Assembly: GCF_009914755.1 (NCBI RefSeq)
Contig: NC_060926.1
Strand: one strand, 5' to 3'
Length of the DNA stretch: 64,000 nucleotides
Source of the DNA: the human T2T-CHM13v2.0 reference genome, Homo sapiens
Of the stretch, positions 27,653-39,519 are shown in pieces. Below the pieces are notes generated by a model that saw only the letters and a program-made list of their open reading frames with translations, was not told where the DNA came from and did no database searches. Both the position numbers and the translations under genes were made by a program. Every line of letters starts with the position of its first letter. The stretch's first letter is position 1.

Positions 27653-28225
27653 TTCTAGTGTAGCTACAAAGCTTTCATAGTTCTTTCCATCATTGAAAGA
27701 CACCTCTAAACCCAATTTGACTTTTGTCCTGTTTGGTAGGCCATTGACCCCAAAACTCATGTGTGTAACCCCAAAGCACCTTATTATTCTGGCCCCAGTA
27801 ACAAGGCACCCCTGAGTTTGGAGGAAGTTTTATGTGTCAGAAATCTATAATGTATCTGCTTATGTTTTGACAATGAACTGAGATAACCCTAAGCTAATAG
27901 TACTTGGCTGTACCTAGTTTATCCAGAGGTTGTTCATTCAACTATTTACAGATGATTAATTATAAGAGAGCTGAGACATCTCCTTCCCAAATACTCATAT
28001 AAAATAGAATATTTTTCAAATTTGGCATTTTCTTTTTACCAGATGGTTTCTCTGTTTTCTCTTTCCTTCTCTTTTTTTCTCTGTAAGTGCAATATTAGCA
28101 TCAAAATGGTCAGCTCAATTTCAAACTTAAACTTGATTCTTCATAAGGAATCTGTGCTCAGTGATTAGAATTAGGCATAATGCTATAAATAATCTTTGCG
28201 GTTATTCAACTTGGCCCATTCATTT

Positions 28226-31200
28226 AATTTTAATTTTAATTAATTTATTTTTCATTTCCAACTTTTATTTTAACTTCAGGGGTACATGTACAGGGTGTGC
28301 AGGTTTGTTACATAGGTAGCCATGTGCCAAGATGGTTTGTTGCACAGATCATCTCATCACCTAGGTATTAAGTCCAGCATCATTAGCTATTCTTCCTGAT
28401 ACTCTCCCTCTTCCCACCCCCAACCATCCAACAGGCCTGAATATGTGTTTTTACCCACCATGTGTCCATGTGTTCTCATCATTCAGCTTCCATTTATAAG
28501 TAAGAACATGCAGTATTTGGTTTTCTGTTCCTGCATTAGTTTGCTAAGGATAATGGCTTCAAGCTCCATCTATGCCCCTGCAAAGAACACAATTTCATTC
28601 ATTTTTAGGGCTGCATAGTATTCTATGGTGGATATAAACCACATTTTCTTTATCCAGTCTATCATTGATGGGCATTTAGGTTGATTCTATGTCTTTGCTA
28701 TTGTAAATAGTGCTGCAATGCATGTACATGTGCATGTATCTTTATAATAGAATGATTTATATTCTTTTGGGTATATATCTAGTAATGGGATCAATGGGTC
28801 AAATGGTATTTCTGCCTGTAGGTCTTTGAGGAATTGCCACACTGTCTTCCACAATGGTTGAATAAATTTATGCTCTCACCAGCAGTTCAAAAGCATTCCT
28901 TTTTCTCCACAACCTCACCAGCATCTGTTGTTTTTTGATTTTTTAATAATTGCCATTCTGACTGGTGTGAGATGGTATCTCATTGCAGTTATGATTTCAA
29001 TTTCTCTAATGATCAGTGATATTGGGCATTTTTTCATATGCTTTTTGGCCACATGTATGTCTTTTTTTTGAAAAGTATCTGTTCATATCACTTGCCCACT
29101 TTTTAATGGGGTTATTTTTTCTTGTAAATTTGTTTAAGTTCCTTGTAGATACTGGATATTAGACCTTTGTCAGATGAATAGATTGCAAAAATATTCTCCC
29201 ATTTGTCTGTTCATGCTGATGATCATTTCTTTTGCTGTGCAGAATCTCTTTAGTTTAATTAGATCCTGTTTGTCAATTTTTGCTTATTGCAATTGCTTTT
29301 GGCATCTTCATCATGAAATCTATGTCCTGAATAGTATTGCTTAGATTTTCTTCTAGGGTTTTCATAGTTTTGGGTTTTATATTTAACTCTCTAATCCATC
29401 TTGAGTTGATTTTTATATACAGTATTATGAAGGGGTCCAGTTTCAATTTTCTGCATATGGCTAGCCAGTTCTCCCAGAGCGACTTATTAAAGAGGTAATC
29501 CTTTCCCCATTGCTTGTTTTTGTCAGGTTTGTCAAAGATCAGTTGGTTGTAGGTGTGTGGTTTTATTTCTGGGTTTTCTATTCTGTTCCATTGGTCTATG
29601 TGTTTGTTCTTATGCCAGTACCATGCTGTGTTGGTTACTGTAGCTTTGTAGTATCATTTAAAATCAGGTAGCGTGATTTCTCCAGCTTTGTTCTTTTTGC
29701 TTAGGATTGTCTTGGCTATTTGGGCTCTTTTTTTGGTTCCATATGAATTTTAAAATATTCTTTTCTAATTCTATGAAGAATATCAATGGTAGTTCAATAG
29801 GAATAGAATTGAATCTGTAAATTGCTTTGGGCAGTATGGCCATTTTTATGATATGGATCCTTCCTATCCATGAGCATGGAATGTTTTTCCATTTGTTTGT
29901 GTCATCTCTGATTTATTTGAGCCGTGGTTTGTAGTTATCTTTGAAGAGGTTCTTCACTTCCCTTGTGAGCTGTATTCCTAGGTATTTTACTCTTTTGGTG
30001 GCAATTGTGAATGGGAGTTCTTTCATGATTGTGGCCCTCAGCTTACCTGTTTTGGTGTATGGGAATGCTAGCAATTTTTGCATGTCGATTTTGTATCCTG
30101 AGACTTTGCTGAAGTTGCTTATCAGCTTAAGAAGCTTTTGGGGTGAGATGATGGGGTTTTCTAGATATAGAATTACGTCATCTGCAAACAGAGACAATTT
30201 GACTTTCTCTTTTTCTGTTTGAATACTCTTTATTTCTTTTTCTTACCTGATTGCCCTGGCCAGAACTTCCAATACTATGCTGAATAGGAGTGGTGAGAGA
30301 CGACATCCTTATCTTGTCCCAGTTTTCATGGGGAATACTTCTAGCTTTTGCCCTTTCAGTATGATATTGGCCATGGGTTTGTCCTATATGCCTTTTAATA
30401 TTTTGAGGTATGTTCCTTCAATACATAGTTTATTGAGAGTTTTTAAAATGGAAGGATGTTGAAATTCTTCAAAGAATTTTCTGCATCTATTGAGATAATC
30501 ATGTGTTTTTTGTCTTTGGTTCTCTTTATGTGATAAGTTACATTTATTAATTTGAAGATGTTGAATCAGTCTTGCATCCTGGGGATAAAGGTTACTTGAT
30601 CATGGTGAATAAGCTTTTTGATGTGCTGCTGGATTTGGTTTACCAGTATTTTGTTGAGGATTTTTGCATCAATATTCATCAAGGAATTGGCCTAAAGCTT
30701 TCCTTTTTTGTTGTATCTCTGCCAGGTTTTGGTATCAGGATGATGTTGGCCTCATAGAGTAAGTTAGAGAGGAGTCCTTCCTTTTCTAGTTTTTTGGAAT
30801 AGTTTCAGTAGAAATGGTACTAGCTCTTTTTTGTACCTCTGGTTGAATTTAGCTGTGAATCCATCTCATCCTGGGTTTTTTTTTTTGGTAGGCTATTTTC
30901 ACTGCCTCAGTTTCAGAACCCATTATTGGTCTATTCAGGGATTCAGTTTCTTCTGGTTCAGTCTTGGGAAGGTGCATGTGTCCAGAAATTTGTCCTTTAT
31001 TCTAGATTTTCTAGTTTATTTGCATAGAGGTGTTTATAGTATTTGCTGATGGTTGTTTGTATTTCTGAGGGGTCAGTGGTGACATCCCTATTATCATTTC
31101 TGATTGTGTTTATTTGAATCTTATCTCTTTTCTTCTTTATTAGTCTAGCTAGATGTCTATCTATTTTATTAATTTTTTCAAAATCCAGCTTCTGGATTCA

Positions 31201-33788
31201 CTGATTTTTTGAAGTGTTTTTTTGGTGTCTCCATTTCCTTCAGTTTGGCTCTGATCTTGGTTATTTCTCATCTTCTTCTAGCTTTGTGGTTTGTTTGCTC
31301 TTGGTTCTCTAGTTCTTTTTGTTGTGATGTTAGGTTGTTAACATGAGATTTTTGTAGGTTTTTGATGTGAACATTTAGTGCTATAAATTTCGCTGTTAAC
31401 ACTGCTTTAGTTGGGTCCCAGAGATTCTGGTATATCGTATCTTTGTTCTCATTAGTTTCAAAGAACTTCTTGATTTCTGCCTTAATTTCATTATTTACCC
31501 AAGAGTCATTCAGGAGCACATTATTCAATTTCCACATAGTTGTGTGGTTTTGGGTGAATTTCTCAGTCTGGATTTTGAATTTGATTGTGCTGTAGTCTGA
31601 GAGACTGTTTGTTATGATTTCAGTTCTTTTGCATTTGCTGGGGAATGTTTTACTTTCGATTATGTGATCAATTTTAGAGTAAGTGCCATATGGCAATGAG
31701 AATAATGTATATTCTGTTGAATTTGGGTAGAGAATTCTGTAGATATCTATCAGGTCCACTTGATCCAGAGTTCAGTTCAGGTACTTAATATCTTTGATAA
31801 TTTTCTCTCTCTATGATCTGTCTAATATTGTCAGTGAGGTGTTAAAGCCTCCCACTATTATTGTGTGCAAGTCTAAGTCTATTTGAAGGTCTCTAAGAGC
31901 TTGCTTTATGAATCTGGGTGCTCCTGTATTGGGTGCATATATATTTAGGATAGTTCGCTTTTTTGTTGTTGAATTGAACTCTACCTTTATGTCCTTTATG
32001 TAACTCACTTTTTTGTCTTTTTTGATGTTTGTTGGCTTAAAGTCTGTTTTGTTAGAAACTAGGATTGCAACCCTTGCTTTTTTCTGTTTTCCATTTGCTT
32101 TGTAAATTTTCTTCCATCCCTTTATTTTGAGCCTATGTGTGTCTTTGCATGTGAGACGGATCTCTTGAAGACGGCATACTGATGGGTCTTGGTTCTTTAT
32201 CCAGCTTGCCATTCTGTGTCTTTTAATTGGGGGCAGTTAGCCCATTTATATTTAAGGTTAGTATTGTTATGTGTGGATTTGATTCTGTCATCATGATGGT
32301 AGCTGGTTATTTTGCAGACTTGTTTACATGGTTGCTTCATAGTGTCACTGGTTTGTGTGCTTCAGTGTGTTTTTCTAGTGGCTGGTAACAGTTTTTGCTT
32401 TCCATATTTAGTGCTTCCTTCAGGACCTCTTGTAAGGCAGGTCAGGTGGTAAAAAATTTCCTCAGCATTTGCTTACCTGCAAAGGATCTTATTTCAAATT
32501 AAACTTCATAAGTGAAAGAGAAATAAGATCCTTTCAGACAAGGAAATAATGAGGAAATGAAATATGAAATTTGGTGTTAGAAATTTTTTTCTTTAAAAAT
32601 GTTGAATATTGGCCCCCGATCTCTTCTAGCTTATAGGGTTTCCACTGAGAAGCCTGCTGAGAGTGGCTGGAGGCCCTGGCTGGGAGGCTCCAGCTGGGAG
32701 GACCTGTCCCATGAAGAGGAGTGGATTGGGGTCACACTTAAAGAAGCAGTCTGGCCATGCCTTGACAAAAGAGCTATGTCTTGGTGGGGAACTGCTTCTG
32801 CCCCTCTTGACTTGGACTCTCCAAGGCCCACAAGTTGAAACGGCTGAGTCGTCCAACTAACCCAGGTGGCAGCCCTCCCCTCTCCAAGGCACTCCATCCC
32901 AGGGAGAGATCAGAGCTCAGTCCACAGTCTGTGTGGGTAGGTGGGGCTGGAGGGCCTGGCTGGGAGGTCCCACTCAGTGAAGGAGAATGGATCAGGGCCC
33001 CACTTAAAGAAGCAGTCTGGCCATGATCTTACAAAGCTACTGTGCTGTGCTGCTGGGGGGACCCTTCCTTGTCAGAACCACCTGGACTCTCCAAAGCCCA
33101 CAGGCTGGAATGGCTGAGTAAACCAAACAGCAGAGATGGCACCCAACCCTCCCCTTAGGGTCTCTATCCAGTCTCAGGCAGCCTCTATTCTGTTGCCTGT
33201 GTCTGGCTGGAATTCCAAGCCAGTGGGTCTTATCTTGTGAGGTGCCGTAGAAGTGGGGCCTGGAGAATGACACTGCTCAACTCCCTGGATTCCACCCCCT
33301 TGCAAAAGGTATATGTGGACCTCCCACCTTGCCTGAGTCCCAGACCTGGATCCCCAGGGATCCTGGGGCTGGAGTATACAAAGCTCCTGGATCTCTGTGT
33401 TTGCCTGAGCAGCTACTCTGCCAAGACTCCACACAGTTCTGTATGTTGGAACCAAGCCCCTGGTGGCATGGGTTCACAAGGGGATCTCCTGATCTATGGG
33501 TTACAAAGACCTGTAGGAAAAGTGTGGTTTCCTGGGGTTGCACAATAACTCACCAATTCCCTTGGCTGGGGGTAGGGGTTCCCTTGGTGCTGTGTTATTC
33601 CTAGGTGGTCTGTCATCCCACCCTGCTTTTCTTCATTCTCTGTGGGTGGAGTTGTTTCCCTAATCAGTCCTGGCATAAGAACCTGGATATTTCAGTTGAA
33701 GGTGTCATAGTCACTGTCCCATTTCGTTCCTCCCCATGAGTGTCGTGGACCACAGCTGCTTCTAACTGGCCATCTTAGTCCCTCTCCC
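28226..33788 (-). mobile_element. Near full-length old L1PA (L1PA13-like), degenerate, most of ORF1 deleted
   Basis: 3'UTR at 28.2-28.5 kb. Broken ORF2 with RT FADD motif (29913-30197) and endonuclease (31268-32212). Jump from ORF1 3' part to 5'UTR at about 32658. 5' end ...gccatctt at about 33770. Confidence 0.95.
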
Positions 33789-34324
33789 TATTTTTAAAAA
33801 TAATGTTTTATTTGCATGTAGCAAAATTTAAATTGATAAACTTGGTTTCACTAACATGAAATAGACTACATTTACTTATTTTAATGGACTTTGTTTCTTA
33901 AAATCTTTTTGTCAAATAATGGTACTTTACACTGTGGGAAGTCTTTGATGTTCTAGTTAATGATGAAGAAGACAGATATTTCATAAATTTATCACTAAAT
34001 GTGGTTTAAAATGTTTCTTCTTTTCTGGAGTGTATGTATGCCACCACCAGATGGGGGCAGAGTGATGCAGTGAGACTGGGGAAGAGCACTGTTCGGAAAC
34101 AACATGGTGGAAATCTAGTTGACTGAAGAGCTTCATGTGTATAAACTCAAGATGTTTTGTTTTATAAATTTCCTTTTATGTAAGCGTAACAAAATATAAT
34201 AAAATGTAACTACTTAGAGCGAATAAAAAAGTATTCTCCTTAGAAGCCAGATCTGCTGTGACCCATCTGTTTTGTTGCATTTTAGTAGTAATTAAGATCT
34301 GAGTTCTTCAGAAGGGCTACAAGA

Positions 34325-34515
34325 ATTGGAATCTAAGCTCTCCTATTACAGTAGTGTTATCTCCTGGCTACTCAACTATTTAGGCCTCAGTTTTTTCATC
34401 TTCAGTGAAATGGGATTAATAATGGTTCCTATCTCTCTATATTGTGGTGAGGGCAAAATGAAATAATGTTTGTGGTGAGTAGAGCATAGAGTAACGTTTG
34501 ATGTATGTTAGTCCT
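34325..34515 (+). mobile_element. MIR
   Basis: ggcctcagttttttcatcttcagtgaaatgggattaataatgg core. Confidence 0.7.
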
Positions 34516-35138
34516 TATTGTTCTTATGGATTCTCTGGTCAGCTACCTCCTTTTGTCCCTTCAAACTCCTAAATCTTGCTTAGAATGCTAGCTTTTATAA
34601 TTCAATCAAATTAGGTGCATTGTAGCTTTGTGGCAAGTAATGGTCTTCATTTCTGTATAAAAATTATATTTTAATCTGTTGGTCTCTTATATATAAGAGT
34701 GTTCTAAATATGAGCCCCCAATCAAAAACCAGAAGCTCTTAACTAAAGATACTGATTTACTGTTAAAATGCTTCTCACGTAGGAAACTCTATGCAGTGAT
34801 GTGTAACAGGAATTTATTCATTAATGATGGTTAGGGATTCTCTATAGCAGCTCAGAATAAAGGTGGGTCGTGAATGAATAAAAAATTCTATGTACATAGT
34901 CTGTAAGGGGAAAATAAGGGTATAGAGAAAGCTTAGGAATAAGATAGGCTTACATTATCATCTCCCCTGGTGGTTAGATATTCTTGGGGTAAACCAATTA
35001 GCGATTTAGCTTCAATTTCTTCGGTCACAAAATTACAGCAAAAATACAATACTTAATGCAGATGCTCTCAAAATGTCACTTTATTTACCTTTCACCCACA
35101 ACCAATTTGCTTTTCCTTTTATTATTTTTGGTCATGAC

Positions 35139-37690
35139 TGGAGTGACCACATAATTTGTAGTTCAAATTGGGACACTTTTGAGAAGGAAAGAGTGTGCTA
35201 AAAATAATTGAAATTATTATTACTATTTTTTATAAGACATGGGGGTCTTGCTATATTGCCCAGGCTAGAGTTTAGTGGCTAATCACAGGAGTGATCCCAC
35301 TACTGATCAACACAGGAGTTTTGACCTGCTCCATTTCCGACCTTGGCTGATTCATCCCTTCTTGGGCAATTTGGTCCGCTCCTGGGAGGACACCATATTA
35401 ATGCCAAACTTAGGGCAAACACCTGATTGGCATACTGTACTACAGCCCAGATCTCTTGGACTCAGGAGATCCTCCTGCCTCAGCTTCCCAAGAAACTGGG
35501 ACCACAGGTGTGCACCACCACACTCAGCTGTAATTATATAATTTTTGACATTTATGAACGCAATTATTTTTATTATATTGCCCAATGAATAACATGGTCT
35601 ATTTGAAAATTATTTTCCAACATAAAAATTCTTTTGGAAAGTAAGATAACAGATCTCTGTGTAGATTGAAAAAACAATTTTTTCACTCTACGCACTAATT
35701 AGCTGAACATTAAAAATAGCATAAGCAGAATAATTTTTCCTGATACATATTAATGTACTTAAATCAGCGTTTAGCTTTGTCTACTTATAAATTGATACCT
35801 TTAGCTATTCCTATTTATTCTATCACTTGTATTTTCTAAAGAATATATTTTTTCAATATAGTTTGTTTCTATTGATAAAAATTGAAACTTTCAAGTTTCA
35901 TCTTATAGATAATAATTGTGATTAGTTAATACATTCAGTTGACTCTTTTAATAAATGCTATATACTGATACCTTTAACTGACTCAATTTTCAATTGAAAA
36001 AAGTACTTCATCCACAGTTGCTGAAGTACCTGGTGAGTACAGAGCAAATTCTGCTAAATGAAGGTTATCCTGAATTGTAATATTTCATAATAAAATGTGT
36101 AAATATTTCTACCCAAACATTTTCATATGTATGCTCATTTTGATTCTAGACAGGTGACCTTTCTTCAGCAAATATTTTTACAAGACAAAACTCATTAAAT
36201 AATTTCTCTAGTTGTGATTTTAAAACAAATTTTGTCAAAATTAGATGTCATAGGACAGAGGCCTTCTGAATTTCATTCAATTGTGTGGTTCAGGAAATAA
36301 ATCTGTTAAGTTAAAAGTATCTCCATCACATGATTCTGCCTACTGCTTGAGATATTCCAGAGCATAGTTATTTAATCTTCTTCAATATTTCATTTTGAAC
36401 ACTCTTTGAGTTCTTGTTTAATTTATTTGGTTTCAAATTTTATTGGGATAAATCCCAATGACTACCTGTTTATAAGCTTGGTTTTAATAAATCGCGATTC
36501 TCTCTAAAAGCTCTGCAAGCTGACATTTTTCCTTGTACCACTCATTGAATAGTTTGATTAAAGGTTCATGACTAATTTTGAACAAAATGTAGCCAAAATG
36601 TAGATACTTATTAGAAAATGCTCAATATCATTGTAAGATACTTAGGTTGACTTATATAGAAATCCTTCCAGGGTTCAAACATTTTAAAAATCCAAATTAT
36701 TATTGATTTAAAAAGTAAGTATTAGAAAATTCAGCATATTATATCCATAAAATATTTGGCCAATTGCTTTTTTGTATATATAGGAAAATATCTGTATATT
36801 TTGACAACTGTAACTCCTATTCCTATTAGTAGAATACTGTAGATCATTTGAATACAGTTAAGATTTGTTTGCATAATGCAATTAATTACAAATACATTTC
36901 TGCTCCAAAGATTTCATCATTTAATTGGAATATCATTTTTACCATGGCATTATGCTCCATCAAAATCATATTCATATTATCACTGTAAAAAAGTAAATCA
37001 CACACAAAACTTTGTTTCCAAAGTTGAATTTTTAAACCAAATTTTCAGTAACATTGACAATAGCACTGGATGTTTTGTCTTTGACTGACTGAATCAGTTT
37101 CTAACACTTTCTCTTTGATTCCACAACTTTGATGAAAATAATTTAATATTATTGGAATTAACTTTATCGATTTTCCATTAGAAGTGATATACAACAGGTT
37201 TCATTTTGCTGTTGCAAAGTTCTGTTAATGGAGCCAACACATTAGCATCTATAAATTCACTATTTTTTACATGCAAAGAAAACCTGGTATTGAAAATCAA
37301 TTCATGAAATTAACTTAAAAGGTGCTATCATTTGATTTGAATGAAAAGGCATGCTTCACAGAAATATATTCCAGCTTTTTCAAATGCATGTATTAAGTCA
37401 TCATTTTAAGGCAGGTTCTTCTTAAATAAATACAAACTCTGAAAGTAGATGTTGACATATTTTTAGAGATTTGAGTCTCGTAGTTGTTATGAGGTCCATG
37501 TTATTCCTATAGATCCAAAAGAGGATGTTCAGTATTGAAAAACATTTTGAGCAAGTTAAATGTTCATCATGAACTTTCTTAAGAAATGGTGATTCAGGTT
37601 GATTCATTAAATATGCACCTTTTTGAGCTCATTACTGTTTAAAGGATTCAATATCAAATAAAAAAGAAAACCAAACAATAAAATCGTTGT
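35139..37690 (-). mobile_element. Fossil hAT DNA transposon, BLACKJACK-like, with decayed transposase
   Basis: Terminus ggagtgaccacataatttgtagttcaaattgggacacttttgag (MER81/MER94/Blackjack-type). Minus-strand translation gives an N-terminal Zn-finger-like MSSKRCIFNE..PFLKKVHDEHLTCSKC (from 37632), a core NYFHQSCGIKEKVLE..., and a hAT dimerisation-like motif WVEIFTHF...NLHLAEFALYSPGTSATVDEV (36001-36130). Confidence 0.75.
35235..35528 (-). pseudogene. 7SL (SRP RNA) retropseudogene
   Basis: The reverse complement contains both Alu-domain ends and the S domain (ctaagtttggcattaatatggtgtcctcccaggagc...ggtcggaaatggagcaggtcaaaactcctgtgttgatcagtagtgggatc). Many substitutions. Decayed A-tail. Confidence 0.95.
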
Positions 37691-37984
37691 TGGATTATAC
37701 CATAATGCAAACTACCCTAGAAGAGCAATCAGACTATTCTAGACATTCTATGGCAGGACTGCTCAGCCTCTATTTCCCACACTTTGGTGTTCAGTTAAGC
37801 TATAATTTCCCATGTTGTCCCCTGATCCCACCAACTGACAGCCTAGGAGTTACCAGCATTCCACAGGCTGGCTCACCCAATAGCTGGCAGAGACGGCAAC
37901 ATGCAATACTTCTCCCACCACCACCCTTCTCCAGTTTATATTGTCTGAGCCAGCCTTATTGCACCAGCGATCACCACTGAGTGA

Positions 37985-38454
<470 letters not shown>

Positions 38455-39340
38455 GGAAGTTGCAAGTTCAAAGTGGAGTTCTACCAAACTCATTTAGCTT
38501 ATTGCAATACAGCCAAAAACATCAGGGACAAATGCTTAAAGTGAGAAGACTTTGGGAATTCAGGAGGTAACCAGGGCTGTGGCGCGCAGCCAGGGTATGT
38601 GGGTGCACTACGCATAAGGAGCTTTATCCACGCAACACTCTTGGTCCTGTCTCACTCTTATTATCCCACGTTTCCACTTCTCCTAAATGCTCGTTCATTT
38701 TAAGAGAAGTGACTCGGTTACTTGGCTCCTTCTCTCCTTTCCTTAGCTTTTTATGGGCAATAAAACCCAGCTTCTTCCTAGCTTAATGATTTAGCTTTGC
38801 TTTAAGGGTTTAATGATAGTTATAACTCAGTCTTTATAGATTTTTTTTTTTTACTCTGAAAGAGAAGGCATTTTCAATCATGTGATTGAGAAATCATTCT
38901 TAAAAATAAAAATGCACTGGGATTTTAACATGTTGATTACAGGTACCTTTCTGTTTCTCAGAAAAGGTAAAATTACTAGTAGAAATGAAATTGGGAGAAG
39001 TATGGGACATGTAAGCTCTCCTATGACTGAACATCCCAGTTAGAGTTGGGTGAACCTCAGAGAAAGCTAGTTTCATGGCACTGTATTCAGTTAGTTACTC
39101 TTACGTTGTTTTGTAAATGTTTTATATATTTCAGTGTGTTGTGTTTCTCCAACTAGATTGTAAACTCATTGAGGGCTTTTTATCATTTTAGTATTACTCT
39201 ATAAATTTTAGTATAGTTTCCATGTTTATTTAGTCACTGTATTTATTGACTGGTAGTTAACAAAATTTCTCTGACTTTTTACCTGTAAAAAGAACCAATT
39301 TCTCTTTTTCCCTCGTCATCTTTGAGTCCTAGTCAGTGAA

Positions 39341-39341
39341 A

Positions 39342-39409
<68 letters not shown>

Positions 39410-39424
39410 AAAAGAAAAAAGAAA
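39341..39424. repeat. (GAAA)n tetranucleotide microsatellite
   Basis: Long near-perfect run. Confidence 0.95.
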
Positions 39425-39519
39425 CCAGAAGCTTATCTCTTGAGCCTGAGGAATGTGCCAGGCAGGAAGCCATGCCTTTAGTAAGATACATGGATTGGCT
39501 AGGTTTATTCCCCACCGTA

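Noticed and set aside
29913-32212. Reverse transcriptase/endonuclease ORFs as a novel RT system
   Set aside because: They are fragments of a degenerate L1 ORF2 broken by stops and frameshifts.
32660-33160. About 280-bp tandem duplication in the L1 5'UTR
   Set aside because: Tandemly repeated 5'UTR units are a known feature of older L1PA subfamilies, so this is probably inherited from the source element.
38570-38640. CpG-containing GC patch with hairpin ggctgtggcgcgcagcc as a tRNA/ncRNA or CpG island
   Set aside because: No cloverleaf or A/B boxes, and far too short for an island.
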